In this document: positions 1 to 9,568 of the stretch, piece by piece
How positions within the stretch are numbered: position 1 is the first letter of the stretch
How the letters are laid out: each line of letters begins with the position of its first letter
NCBI GenBank assembly: GCA_014871745.1
Contig: WGSI01000002.1
Span: 24,615-88,614, forward strand
Reading direction: 5' to 3'
Length of the DNA stretch: 64,000 nucleotides
From: Collinsella sp.
GTDB taxonomy: Bacteria > Actinomycetota > Coriobacteriia > Coriobacteriales > Coriobacteriaceae
The notes under the pieces: generated by a model
What the model saw: only the letters and a program-made list of their open reading frames with translations
Told to the model about the DNA's origin: nothing
Databases searched by the model: none
Made by a program: the position numbers and the translations under genes

Positions 1-165
1 GGGGTCCAAGCAAGCAGCCGCGGCGCCGCGGAGGGCATGGGGCTTGCCTCCATGCGCGAGCGCATCGAGGCGCTTGGCGGCACCTTCACCGCCGGTCCGC
101 GTGCCGGCGCCGGCGGCTGGCGCGTGTTTGCCACCGTTCCCAAACAGCAAGGAGATGAGGACTGA
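1..165 (+). CDS. Sensor histidine kinase, C-terminal HATPase_c fragment (NarX/DesK type), 5'-truncated by the window edge
   Basis: Frame 1 reads ...EGMGLASMRERIEALGGTF...GWRVFATVP..., the G2-box of HisKA_3-type kinases. Its TGA (163-165) overlaps the ATG of the response regulator. Confidence 0.85.
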   Translation, partial: GVQASSRGAAEGMGLASMRERIEALGGTFTAGPRAGAGGWRVFATVPKQQGDED

Positions 166-794
166 TGAGGCTCATCGTTGTCGACGACGACCGCTTGGTG
201 GTCGATTCGCTCAAGATTATCCTGGGCGCCCAGCCGCAGATCGAAGTGGTGGGCACCGGTGCCAACGGCAACGATGCGGTTTCGCTCTATGCCGAACACG
301 CGCCCGATATCGCACTGCTCGACATTCAGATGCCGGGGCGTGACGGACTTTCGGCGGCACGCGAGATCCTTGAGCACGACCCCGCGGCACGCGTCGTGTT
401 TTTGACGACATTCTCGGATGACGAGTACATTGTGTCGGCGCTCAAGCTGGGCGCCCGCGGCTACCTAATTAAAACCGATGTCGCCGCCATTCCACCGGCG
501 TTGGAGCAGGTCATGGACGGTAGGCGCGTGCTCGAGGGCAAGGCGATCGAGGACATCGATTTTGACGGAACGGGCGTTGAGGCGGGCACACTCCGCCGGC
601 CCGCGGCCTTTGTCAGCCTGACCGACCGCGAGTTCGAAGTCGCCGAGCTCATCGCCCGTGGCCTCGACAACAAGGAGATTGCCGCCACGGCATACATGGG
701 CGAAGGCACCGTGCGCAACCACATCAGCTCAATCCTTGCCAAAATGGGCCTGCGCAACCGCACGCAGATTGCCATCGCCTACCTGCGAGGGTAA
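165..794 (+). CDS. NarL/LuxR-family response regulator (REC + HTH_LuxR)
   Basis: Receiver motifs VVDDD, LLDIQMP and GARGYLIK. C-terminal LuxR HTH: LTDREFEV...GLDNKEIA...TVRNHISSIL. Confidence 0.95.
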   Translation: MRLIVVDDDRLVVDSLKIILGAQPQIEVVGTGANGNDAVSLYAEHAPDIALLDIQMPGRDGLSAAREILEHDPAARVVFLTTFSDDEYIVSALKLGARGYLIKTDVAAIPPALEQVMDGRRVLEGKAIEDIDFDGTGVEAGTLRRPAAFVSLTDREFEVAELIARGLDNKEIAATAYMGEGTVRNHISSILAKMGLRNRTQIAIAYLRG

Positions 795-855
795 TTACCC
801 AACGGCCGACCACCCCGGCATAGCAAAATGGCTGCTACCGTTTTAATGCCATTTC

Positions 856-1007
856 AAAACTATGCCGGTTTACTACGATGAATCGCCCACCTTCGACCAC
901 GGTAAATTGCGCGCTTGCAAAACCGCAGGTAGAACGCTTGCAATATTTAGAAAAATGCAGTCATGGTCGGGAATGTCGAATTCATCGTAGTAAACCGACA
1001 TAGTTTT
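856..1007. repeat. ~152-bp inverted-repeat element, copy A
   Basis: 28-bp arms at 856-883 and 980-1007 (AAAACTATGCCGGTTTACTACGATGAAT, 1 mismatch). Central AAAACCGCAGGTAGAACGCTTGC. Confidence 0.85.
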
Positions 1008-1115
1008 GTTCGGGCGGCCCTGCACGAGTGCCTCCGCAAGCCTCGCGGGACCAAAATGATCCGTTTCCCTCTGTCCACGGGAGATCAGGGGCTGGTACTG
1101 ATATGGTGGCATTTC

Positions 1116-1267
1116 AAAACTATGCCGGATTACGGGGCTAAAGCCGGAGCCCTCATCCATACCTTCATTTTTTGAAAAACAGCAAGCTATCTACCTGCGG
1201 TTTTATTTTCGTGGTTTTCGGTATGGTCGGGGGTTCGCTATCCAGCCCCGTAATCCGGCATAGTTTT
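1116..1267. repeat. ~152-bp inverted-repeat element, copy B
   Basis: Perfect 24-bp arms at 1116-1139 and 1244-1267. The central motif is in reverse orientation (GCAAGCTATCTACCTGCGGTTTT). Confidence 0.85.
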
Positions 1268-1299
1268 GTTCGCGGCGGCCCAACCGCGCGTTTAAGCGC

Positions 1300-1333
1300 G
1301 GGGCCGGTGGGGCAATTTTGCCCCACCGGCCCC
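1300..1333. terminator. GC-rich hairpin just downstream of echF (possible terminator)
   Basis: Perfect 16-bp inverted repeat GGGGCCGGTGGGGCAA/TTGCCCCACCGGCCCC. No clear U-tail. Confidence 0.5.
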
Positions 1334-1354
1334 TATTCCAGCTCTATTCCAGCG

Positions 1355-1696
1355 CTACTCCGGCTTAGTTTCTACCGTGGGAGTCTTATCCGCCGCAACT
1401 GGAGTGCGGGCGGTATCCATAGTCAGGCAGTGCTTGGGACAGCTTTCGATGCACTCGCCGCACACCACGCAGGCGTACGGGTCAATCGACCAGGTGCCGC
1501 CTTTGCGATCGACCGCGAGCGCGCCCGCCGGGCAGCGACGCGCGCACATGCCGCAGCAAATGCACACGTCCATGTCGTTAACGATATGTCCGCGCAAGCG
1601 CTCGGGCGTCGTCAGTTTCTCCTGCGGATAGCACACCGTGACCGGCTGCTTGACCATAGAGCCCAAGGCCGTCTTGGCAAATGTCAGTAAACTCAT
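1355..1696 (-). CDS. echF: Ech hydrogenase 2x[4Fe-4S] subunit (EchF/NuoI-like)
   Basis: Two ferredoxin motifs, CICCGMCARRCP and CVVCGECIESCP. The N-terminal PVTVCYP...RLRG is typical of NuoI/EchF. Confidence 0.9.
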   Translation of the reverse strand: MSLLTFAKTALGSMVKQPVTVCYPQEKLTTPERLRGHIVNDMDVCICCGMCARRCPAGALAVDRKGGTWSIDPYACVVCGECIESCPKHCLTMDTARTPVAADKTPTVETKPE

Positions 1697-1703
1697 GCCG
1701 CGC

Positions 1704-2792
1704 CTACCTTTCCGTGCAGCTAATGCAGGGGTCGATGGTCAGGATAATCATGGGCACGTTGGCAAGGAGCACGCCCTGCAGCGCATGCGTCAGACCCGCC
1801 AGGTTCTGCGACGTCGGCGTGCGCACGCGAAAACGGTCCAGATTCTTGGTGCCGTTGCCGCGCACATAGTAGTACGCCTCGCCGCGCGGCTGCTCAATCA
1901 CAACCTCGCCGCGCGCGCCGTCGGCCGGCGTAAGCTTGGTGCGCCCGCCGATACCGTCGTGCGGAATCTTGCCCACAAGCTCCTTGATAATGTCCATGGC
2001 CTGCATGACCTCGGCACAACGCACCTGGCAGCGGGCATAGCAGTCGCCGTCTGTGGCAACGATGGGCTCAAACGCGGCCAGATCCGCATAGGCGCCGTCG
2101 CCGAACATACGCACGTCGTAGTCCACGCCCGAGGCGCGACCGAACGGACCGACCATCGAAAGCTCCAGCGCGTCCTTCTTGCTGATCACGCCCACGCCAT
2201 GCAGGCGCTCGCCGCAGCTATTGTCGTCCAAAAACGTATGCACCAGGGCCTCGTAGTCGGGACGCATGGCATCGAGCGTCTGGACAATACCCGCCAGCTC
2301 GGAGTCCTCAATGTCGTGCTTAAGGCCGCCGATCTCGTTGATCGACAGAATCACGCGACCACCGCACGTGCTCTCGAAAATCTTGAGAATCTGCTCGCGC
2401 AGGGTCCACGACCGATAGAACAGCGCCTCGAAGCCAAAGGCATCGGCGAGCAGGCCCAGCCACAGCAGATGCGAGTGGATGCGCGAAAGCTCGTGCAAAA
2501 TGGTGCGGATATACTGCGCGCGGCCGGGCACCTCGATGTCGAGCATGCGCTCGCAGGCGCTGGCATAGCCGTAGCTGTGGCCCACGGCGCAGATGCCGCA
2601 GATGCGCTCGGCGATGTAGCCAAACTGATGCATGTCGCGCTTTTCGGTTAGCTTCTCGAGCCCGCGGTGCACAAAGCCGATCTGCGGAATTGCCTCGATG
2701 ACGCGGTCGTCCTCGATCACCAGGTCCAGATGAAGCGGCTCGGGCAGCACCGGGTGTTGCGGGCCAAACGGAATAACGGAGCGATGTGCCAT
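1704..2792 (-). CDS. echE: Ech [NiFe]-hydrogenase large subunit
   Basis: GPQHP and HRGLEK motifs. L1 motif ERICGIC and L2 motif DPCISCTER at the C-terminus with no cleavable extension, as in Ech. Confidence 0.93.
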   Translation of the reverse strand: MAHRSVIPFGPQHPVLPEPLHLDLVIEDDRVIEAIPQIGFVHRGLEKLTEKRDMHQFGYIAERICGICAVGHSYGYASACERMLDIEVPGRAQYIRTILHELSRIHSHLLWLGLLADAFGFEALFYRSWTLREQILKIFESTCGGRVILSINEIGGLKHDIEDSELAGIVQTLDAMRPDYEALVHTFLDDNSCGERLHGVGVISKKDALELSMVGPFGRASGVDYDVRMFGDGAYADLAAFEPIVATDGDCYARCQVRCAEVMQAMDIIKELVGKIPHDGIGGRTKLTPADGARGEVVIEQPRGEAYYYVRGNGTKNLDRFRVRTPTSQNLAGLTHALQGVLLANVPMIILTIDPCISCTER

Positions 2793-2797
2793 GGACC

Positions 2798-3514
2798 TTA
2801 CGCCTCCTTTTTCTGCTTGTCGCGGGCGGCCTTGGCAGCAAGCGCCGCGCGGACCTTGGCCGCTTTCTCGGGATCCATGGCGGCGAGCTTTGCCTCCATC
2901 TCGGCAGCCTTGAGCGCGGCCTTGGCAGCGGCATCGTCATGCTGAGCATCGGAGCCGGTAGCCGCAGCGGGCTGGGCGGCAACAGCGTTCGCAGCATCGC
3001 CGGCACCCGCGGCGCCCTCCCCCGCAGCAGCAGCGGCAGCGGCCTTCTCGGCCGCAGCCTTGCGCGCCTTGGCCTCTGCGGCGGCACGGACCTTCATGGC
3101 CTTCTCGCGTGCGGCCTTTACCTCGGGCGTGATTACACTCATGGGCTCGGCGGTCGAGACCTGGTAGAAAAAGCCGTTAAAGTCAACCTGCATGTCGGTG
3201 ATGGCAAGACCAAATAGGTCATGGGCCTCATTTTCAAACGGGAACACCGCCGGATAGTACGAGCTGATGGACGGAATCTCCTGGTACTGGTCGATGCCCT
3301 CAACCACCAGGTTCTCGATCGCATAGCTGCCATCCTGAGCGATCTGCTCCTGTGCAGCACGAACGTTGATAAACGTATAGACCAGGCGATACGTGCCGTC
3401 GTCGACGTTGCGCTCGGCATGCATTTGCACAAAGCGCGCGCCGACGCCCTTGAGCGCCTGGACATGCGACAGGAGCTCGTCGATCCCGACGGTGGTATAG
3501 ATAGCCTTCTGCAT
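2798..3514 (-). CDS. echD: Ech subunit D (NuoC-like) with long Ala/Lys-rich C-terminal tail
   Basis: NuoC/EchD signature IPSISSYYPAVFPFENEAHDLFG. Lies between echC and echE. Confidence 0.85.
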   Translation of the reverse strand: MQKAIYTTVGIDELLSHVQALKGVGARFVQMHAERNVDDGTYRLVYTFINVRAAQEQIAQDGSYAIENLVVEGIDQYQEIPSISSYYPAVFPFENEAHDLFGLAITDMQVDFNGFFYQVSTAEPMSVITPEVKAAREKAMKVRAAAEAKARKAAAEKAAAAAAAGEGAAGAGDAANAVAAQPAAATGSDAQHDDAAAKAALKAAEMEAKLAAMDPEKAAKVRAALAAKAARDKQKKEA

Positions 3515-4131
3515 TACTCGGCCTCCTTTGCAGCGGCGGGCGTCTCAGCAGATGCGTCGCCAGCGACGGGCGCGGCGGGCTTCCCGGCAGGCGCGTCACC
3601 GGCACCGTCAGCCCCGGCCCCCGCAGCCACAAATCCGTCCTCGCCCAGCTCAACGCCGCCATCCCAGGTAGCAGCACCGCCCACGGTAAGCGGGTCACCG
3701 CCAGCACGCATCACGGCCTCCTTCTGATCCAGGATGCCGCACGCCTCCACGATGGCATCAATCACCGTCTCGGGACGAATGGCGCACCCGGGCGCGTATA
3801 CGTCCACGGGAATCGCGCGGTCCACGCCTCCGATCACGTTGTAGGCATCGCGGAATACGCCGCCCGAGCACGCGCAGATGCCGCACGCCACCACGCACTT
3901 GGGCTCGAGCATCTGGTTGTAGATCTGGCGCACGACGGGCAGGTTCTGGGCATTGACCGACCCCGTCACCAAAAAGATGTCCGCATGCTTGGGGTTGCCG
4001 GTGTTGACCACACCAAAGCGCTCCGCATCAAACAGTGGGGTAAGCGAGGCCAGCACCTCGATATCGCATCCGTTGCAGCTCGAGCCGTCGTAATGAATAA
4101 CCCACGGCGAGCGCGACATTTTATGATCCAT
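3514..4131 (-). CDS. echC: Ech small [4Fe-4S] subunit (NuoB-like)
   Basis: Motifs SCNGCDIE, NPKHADIFLVTG, GICACSGGVF and PVDVYAPGCAIRPE. Confidence 0.92.
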   Translation of the reverse strand: MDHKMSRSPWVIHYDGSSCNGCDIEVLASLTPLFDAERFGVVNTGNPKHADIFLVTGSVNAQNLPVVRQIYNQMLEPKCVVACGICACSGGVFRDAYNVIGGVDRAIPVDVYAPGCAIRPETVIDAIVEACGILDQKEAVMRAGGDPLTVGGAATWDGGVELGEDGFVAAGAGADGAGDAPAGKPAAPVAGDASAETPAAAKEAE

Positions 4132-4143
4132 GGATGCCGCCTC

Positions 4144-7026
4144 CTAAATAAACACGTCGACGAGAATGGGCATAAGGTTGAGCAGGCCAAACACCAGCGC
4201 CACGCTCCATCCGAGCTTAAAGCAGCTGCGCCAGGTGCTGCGGGCAAAGGTGTTATCGATCAGCACCTCGACAAAATACGTCGCGACCATCACGACCAGG
4301 GCGACCACCCAGCTCACCGGGTTGTCCCAAACAAAGAACATGCCCACCCACATCAAAAACAGCACGGTCTCGCACCAATGCATAAGGGTCATCTTGGCCA
4401 GCGTGCCGCCGCTCATCTCGGTGGCGACGCCCTGGACGATCTCCTGATGCGCGTGATGTGAATACGAAAGATCGAACGGCGACTTGCGCAGCTTGATGGT
4501 AAGCACCGCGAGCAGCGCGAGGAAGATGGGCGCGCTGTACACGATGATGGGGGCCGACTGCCCCGTCACGGCAATGGAATCGAAGCTATCGGTGGCAAGG
4601 TACAAGCCCACGCTCATCAGCAGAACGGCGGGCTCGTAACTCATAACCTGCAGCAACTCACGATCGGCGCCGACCTGGGCAAACGGGCTTTGCGTCGAGG
4701 CGGACGCCAGCACCACAAAGATCGCGGCGAGCGTCACCATAAAGGCGCACAGCAGCGTGTTGGAGCCCGACACAAAGATGCCGCCGCCCACGACGGTAAA
4801 GATGAGCGCGCACGCCATGTAGGTATCGTCCATGGTGTTTACGCTGGCAGGGGCTTTGCGCAGCAGCTTGGCAACGTCGTAGAAGGGCTGCAGCAGACGC
4901 GGCCCCACGCGACCCTGCATGCGAGCGGACAGCTTGCGGTCAAGACCGTCAATCAAACCGCCCACAAGCGGCGCCAGCAAGGCAAACGCCACGGTACCAA
5001 TAAAAATGCCCAAGACGCCCGAACCTTCAAAATACTTGCCGCGCAGCACCGAGGGCGCGCTCATGGCAAGCCGCTCGGGCCCAATCCACGCGCAACACAG
5101 CAGCGCAAACAAGATAATGCTGCAGCACACGACGCTACCCGCGGGGCCAATACGCTTCTCGCCAAGGGCGTCCTCCGAGTACCAATTGCGCTTTTCGGCC
5201 TTCACCTCGTGTCCCATCGAGCCGCGGAAATGGCGATATTTGTCGGTTCCCACGCCCGAAAGGTACACGTTGACGTGCGGCTTATTGCTCACGCGGAACG
5301 ACGTCAGCAGCACCACGGCGATAAACGCCACGATAACCACCATCAGATACATGGCGTCCTTGCCAATAACGTACGGCACGCGGCCAAACACCATGGCCAA
5401 GTAAGGCGACACCAGGCCGCTCGAGATAACCGGGAACGCCACACAGCACAGAATCAGCAGCGCGGCGATGGTGTTGAGCGCCATCCATTCAGTCTTATGG
5501 ACATTGACCTCAACGTTTTGAGCCGTGGGGTCGACGCCCGAAAGCTTGGCAAGCCACTTGCCCCAGAAGTAAAACGTCGCGGCCGAGCCAAAGGCAAGCA
5601 CCATGATCATGAGCACGTTGCCGGTCTGCGCAAACGCCACCAGAGCGCCCCACTTGGACACGAGCATGCCAAACGGCGCCACGAACATGCCCATGATGCC
5701 CAGCATCATCAAGCGCGTCAGGTGTGGCATACGGCTGAACATACCGTCCATGTCCTCGATATTGCGGCTGCCGATATGATGCTCGGCGGTGCCCACGCAC
5801 AGGAACAGCAGCGACTTTGCCACCGTGTGGAACAGGATTAGGAAGATGGCGGCCCACACGGCCTCGGGCGCGCCGACACCCAGGCAGGCACTGATGAGGC
5901 CCAAGTTGGAAATGGTGGAGTACGCGAGCACGCGCTTGGCGTTGCTCTGCGAGATGGCCATGAGGGCAGCGAGCAAAAACGTGATGGCACCCACACTCGT
6001 GACCATAAAGCCGGTCACGGGATAGATGGCATAGAGCGGGCTCAGCTTGACCATTAGGAACACGCCGGCTTTGACCATGGTTGACGAGTGCAGCAGGGCA
6101 CTCGTGGGCGTGGGGGCAACCATGGCACCCAGCAGCCAGGTGTGGAACGGCATCTGCGCGGCCTTAGTGAGTGCGGCGAGCGACAGCAGGATGACCGGCA
6201 TCACCAGCAGCGCGGACTGCGCGGTTCCGGCGCCGGAAAGCTCGATCATGCCCGAGATGGTCAGCGGCATGCCGTTAACGTGCAGGTACATGAGTCCGGC
6301 CAAAAACGCGATGCCGCCCAGCATGTTGAGGATAATCTGGGTGAAGGCGTTCTTGATGGCCTCGGGCGTGCGCGTGTAGCCAATCATGAGGAACGAGCAC
6401 ACGGTGGTGATTTCCCAGCCGCAGAACAACCACTCAAGGTTGTCGCTCGTCACGATGACGAACATGGCCGAGAGGAACAGGAACATAAGCGCCAGGAACT
6501 GCGGGCGTCGGTCGGGCGCAGTCTGCCCGCGCAGCGCAGCCTCGTGCTCGTCATGGGCCTGGAAGTCCTTCATGTAGCCCAGGGCATACACGCAGATAAG
6601 GCTGCCGACAATGCCGACGGCGAGCACCATGATCACGCTCATGTAATCCAGGTAGAGCGGCGTTGCCGTGACGGCTTCGGCCGCGGGCAGCGTCATGGCT
6701 GCAAAGGCGAGCGAGCCCACCAGCTGGACTATGCCGAGCACCGTGGTGAGCGCGTTCCTATATTTATACGCGTTGTATAGGATGACGGCGCACAGGATGA
6801 CATCGATGGCGGAGCTGATGATCGAGAGCACATGCGAGGTGCCGGAGGCAACCTCAAAGCTCTGCGGGCCCGCGCCAAAAAACATGACGGCGACTACAAC
6901 TGTCACCGCCATAATGATGCCGGAACCTATGAGCCCCACCGCATCGCGGGCGCGGTCACCGCGCGCGAGCAGCATGCCCAGCGCCGGTACCAGCGGAAAC
7001 AGGGTAAGGAAATACAGTAGCGTCAT
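4144..7026 (-). CDS. echAB: Fused Ech membrane subunits EchA (NuoL/MrpA-like antiporter) + EchB (NuoH-like)
   Basis: N-terminal part has antiporter motifs TKAAQMPFHTWLLGAMVAPTPTSALLHSSTMVKAG and KRVLAYST. C-terminal part has NuoH/EchB motifs DRKLSARMQGRVGP...QPFYDVAKL and KLRKSPFD. One uninterrupted 960-aa ORF. Confidence 0.9.
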   Translation of the reverse strand: MTLLYFLTLFPLVPALGMLLARGDRARDAVGLIGSGIIMAVTVVVAVMFFGAGPQSFEVASGTSHVLSIISSAIDVILCAVILYNAYKYRNALTTVLGIVQLVGSLAFAAMTLPAAEAVTATPLYLDYMSVIMVLAVGIVGSLICVYALGYMKDFQAHDEHEAALRGQTAPDRRPQFLALMFLFLSAMFVIVTSDNLEWLFCGWEITTVCSFLMIGYTRTPEAIKNAFTQIILNMLGGIAFLAGLMYLHVNGMPLTISGMIELSGAGTAQSALLVMPVILLSLAALTKAAQMPFHTWLLGAMVAPTPTSALLHSSTMVKAGVFLMVKLSPLYAIYPVTGFMVTSVGAITFLLAALMAISQSNAKRVLAYSTISNLGLISACLGVGAPEAVWAAIFLILFHTVAKSLLFLCVGTAEHHIGSRNIEDMDGMFSRMPHLTRLMMLGIMGMFVAPFGMLVSKWGALVAFAQTGNVLMIMVLAFGSAATFYFWGKWLAKLSGVDPTAQNVEVNVHKTEWMALNTIAALLILCCVAFPVISSGLVSPYLAMVFGRVPYVIGKDAMYLMVVIVAFIAVVLLTSFRVSNKPHVNVYLSGVGTDKYRHFRGSMGHEVKAEKRNWYSEDALGEKRIGPAGSVVCCSIILFALLCCAWIGPERLAMSAPSVLRGKYFEGSGVLGIFIGTVAFALLAPLVGGLIDGLDRKLSARMQGRVGPRLLQPFYDVAKLLRKAPASVNTMDDTYMACALIFTVVGGGIFVSGSNTLLCAFMVTLAAIFVVLASASTQSPFAQVGADRELLQVMSYEPAVLLMSVGLYLATDSFDSIAVTGQSAPIIVYSAPIFLALLAVLTIKLRKSPFDLSYSHHAHQEIVQGVATEMSGGTLAKMTLMHWCETVLFLMWVGMFFVWDNPVSWVVALVVMVATYFVEVLIDNTFARSTWRSCFKLGWSVALVFGLLNLMPILVDVFI

Positions 7027-7207
7027 ACCATCACTCCCCCATGCAAAAACGCTGCAATTGTTTAACGTTATAGCTCAATTGAGGAGTAGCGGCGGCGGGT
7101 TTTCGGTCAACTGGGGAGTTTTGTACGTGCGGGGTAAGGAGTCTGTCCGCATTGGAGCAGAGGGGCGGCAAGAAAAATGCGCCCCTGTGGGCGCACCATC
7201 CCGTTCG

Positions 7208-7612
7208 CTATTCCGCCTTTTTAACGCGCGGCTTGCGGCCGCGCGGCTTATCGACCAGCGCGGACTCACCGCTCTCGCGATACTGGCGGCACCAAGCCTT
7301 GACTGAAGACTCGCTGGGAATCTTGTGCTTGATCATAGCCTCGCGAACCGTCAGGCCGTTTTCCAAACGGTCCTTAACCACGGCGAGCTTTACGTCGTAC
7401 GAATAGGTGTGATGACGAGCGCCCGCGTTGAGCACGGCGTCGGCACCGCCCACGGCATATGCGCGGGCCCACTGACGAGCCGTGGCCTGGGGAATGCCAA
7501 GCTTTGCGGCGAGGGCGCGGTGACCGACCCCCTCTTGGAGGATCTCGACGGCGCGCTGCCTAACCTCGGGCGCATGCGTGCGAGTCCTAGTTGCTTCCGA
7601 CATACCTGCCAC
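7208..7612 (-). CDS. Tandem helix-turn-helix protein resembling IS3/IS150-family OrfA, with no adjacent OrfB (start GTG 7612 or ATG 7603)
   Basis: Two HTH units (ALAAKLGIPQATARQWARAY; YSYDVKLAVV...SVKAWCRQYRESGESALVDKPRGRKP). No DDE ORF follows. Confidence 0.7.
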   Translation of the reverse strand: MAGMSEATRTRTHAPEVRQRAVEILQEGVGHRALAAKLGIPQATARQWARAYAVGGADAVLNAGARHHTYSYDVKLAVVKDRLENGLTVREAMIKHKIPSESSVKAWCRQYRESGESALVDKPRGRKPRVKKAE

Positions 7613-7899
7613 TTCTTAGCCTTAACCGTTAATTTGCTTTCTTACGTGCTTGTTAGATAGTAGCATTTTGCTGTTCCCGCGTAACAGTTAATTGAAAATC
7701 GCAACGGCGGCATCTGGGTATTTGCCATTCATTTGCAACAGTTCTTTAGGTTTTATTTACGCAGCTAGTTGGCTCGCGGCTCATTGACGGTGTTTTACCA
7801 ACCAGATTGGTATCTTTTTGTTTAGCTGGTATGGTTTGTGCAATTATTAACCCCTCGTCAGTCCGCACCTAACATGTCAGCTTTCCACTTGCTTCCCAA

Positions 7900-7960
7900 C
7901 TTTCCACTTAACTTTCCAGCTTTCCACCTTAAGTGGTAAGTTAAGTGGAAAGCTGGAAAG
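7900..7960. repeat. 61-bp internally palindromic direct repeat, copy 1 (3' flank of the AlbA/HATPase gene)
   Basis: CTTTCCACTTAACTTTCCAGCTTTCCACCTTAAGTGGTAAGTTAAGTGGAAAGCTGGAAAG, 59/61 identical to 9508-9568. Confidence 0.92.
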
Positions 7961-7995
7961 AAGTTGGGAGACCGAAGCATGGGCGACGGACAGCC

Positions 7996-9465
7996 CTACT
8001 TCGCGAGTCGATACCGTTGTCGCGGGCTGCGCGGAGGCTCCATCGCCTCAATCTTGCCCGCACCAATCAAGCCTTTTATGTGGTTGGAAACGGCGCTCCT
8101 GCTCAAACCCGAAGCGTCGGTGAGCTCCTTGGTCGAGGCCGAAGAATGTGTTGCCAGGTAATCCAAGATTGCCTCGTCCACATGCCCCACAGACGTCACC
8201 TGTTCCGCCCGCATTATCTTTCGCTTATCGAACGTCAACGAAAAAGAAACTGTCGAGTTCTTTGGTTCGGGCGGCAACATGTTTGCCCGCTCGAGCTGCT
8301 CACCTATCTCCTGATAACCAGTGCCGCGATTTTCGACCACGTAGCCACCGTCTGGGTACGGCGTGGTCTCGAGGATATTTGAAAGGAACTGGTTTCTGGA
8401 TGACGAAACCCCAGAAACTCCCAGCGAATCGATCGTTACGTCGCCGTACAGCCCGCCGGGATTGAGAATCTCGACGCGGTCGATATACAAGTTGACCTGC
8501 ACTTGTGAGCCGCGCGCGGCGGAAGAGTAGTCGCGGTGCATGAGCGCGTTCGCCACCGCCTCGCGCAGCGCCACGGGCGGATAATCGGGCACATCTTTCC
8601 GGAACGCGCCCTCGATAACCGCTGCGTTTCGGGTGTTTCTCGCAACGGCGGCAAGCACGTCCTCAATCATGAAAGGGATCGGACCCAAAATGGTCTGAGA
8701 ATCCACAAAACGCTTGTTATCACTTACTCGCTGCGTTTTTGTGGTCCCGGGGTACGCCGTAAAGGTCACATTGAGACGTGGGAAGAACTTTTGCGGAAAC
8801 CGTCCCATCGCGACAATTGCAGCAAGCGTCGGCACGATTGCGTCGTCCACCCTTTTGGTCACATGCAGGTCAAGGAGAATCTCATCGTCGCTTCTGGTGC
8901 CCAAAAGCCTAGGGTGTAGCTCGCGCTGGCGTTTTATAAACCCTTGCAAAAGATCGGCGTCAAGGTCATCGAGCGTGGCACCTTCGACCGGCTCGTCGTC
9001 GTATGTAGGCTGAACATGCTCCTCCATAAAGCGATCGATTTCGTAGGGAGTCATGCGCCGGTCGCCGTCGCCCGTACGGATAAAGGACGAATCGTACATT
9101 CCGCGTGCCGCAATATAGCAGGGTTTATCGCGTGGATGCATTTCTTTGATGCGCGCGCAAAGCACCAGCTTACCCTCGAAGGGGAGCACTTGGATATCCG
9201 GCCTCACAACGGGCGTCAGCTTTTCACATGCAGAAGAGAGGGCGTCTTGCATCTTGCGGGCATCAAAACCCTCGACGGGCATAAACCCGTTCTTTTCGGA
9301 AATGCCGAGGATGATAAAGCCGCCCTGCGCGTTGGAAAATGCCGAAAGCGTCTCGACGATGCTTTTGGGGAGCGCGCCCTTGGCTTCTTTTACTTCGTAC
9401 TGCTGGGTGTCGTTTCCTATTGCCCGCAGATGATGGATAACCTGCGCCAACCACTCCTCATTCAT
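7996..9465 (-). CDS. AlbA_2 (Schlafen-like) + HATPase_c_4 + winged-HTH protein
   Basis: N-terminal YEVKEA...ETLSAFSNAQGGFIILGISE (AlbA_2). YPPVALREAVANALMHRDY, NPGGL, SRN and ENRGTG (HATPase_c_4). C-terminal wHTH. GGAGG RBS before ATG 9465. Confidence 0.88.
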   Translation of the reverse strand: MNEEWLAQVIHHLRAIGNDTQQYEVKEAKGALPKSIVETLSAFSNAQGGFIILGISEKNGFMPVEGFDARKMQDALSSACEKLTPVVRPDIQVLPFEGKLVLCARIKEMHPRDKPCYIAARGMYDSSFIRTGDGDRRMTPYEIDRFMEEHVQPTYDDEPVEGATLDDLDADLLQGFIKRQRELHPRLLGTRSDDEILLDLHVTKRVDDAIVPTLAAIVAMGRFPQKFFPRLNVTFTAYPGTTKTQRVSDNKRFVDSQTILGPIPFMIEDVLAAVARNTRNAAVIEGAFRKDVPDYPPVALREAVANALMHRDYSSAARGSQVQVNLYIDRVEILNPGGLYGDVTIDSLGVSGVSSSRNQFLSNILETTPYPDGGYVVENRGTGYQEIGEQLERANMLPPEPKNSTVSFSLTFDKRKIMRAEQVTSVGHVDEAILDYLATHSSASTKELTDASGLSRSAVSNHIKGLIGAGKIEAMEPPRSPRQRYRLAK

Positions 9466-9507
9466 GCCGAACCTCCCAACTTTCCAACTTTCCACCTAAC
9501 TTACCAG

Positions 9508-9568
9508 CTTTCCACTTAACTTTCCAGCTTTCCACCTTGAGTGGTAAGTTAAGTGGACAGCTGGAAAG
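9508..9568. repeat. 61-bp internally palindromic direct repeat, copy 2 (5' flank); extra ~20-bp units extend it toward ~9475
   Basis: Two mismatches versus 7900-7960. Preceded by CCAACTTTCCACCTAACTTACCAG, a degenerate extra unit. Confidence 0.92.

Noticed and set aside
873..1350. Small ORFs at 873-1160, 963-1175 and 1172-1690
   Set aside because: They are translations of the 152-bp repeat elements or antisense to echF, and similar peptides recur at 33403-33895.
1355..7026. NADH dehydrogenase (complex I) or a Ni-less Ehr complex
   Set aside because: The large subunit keeps both CxxC Ni-binding motifs, and the gene set and order match Ech.
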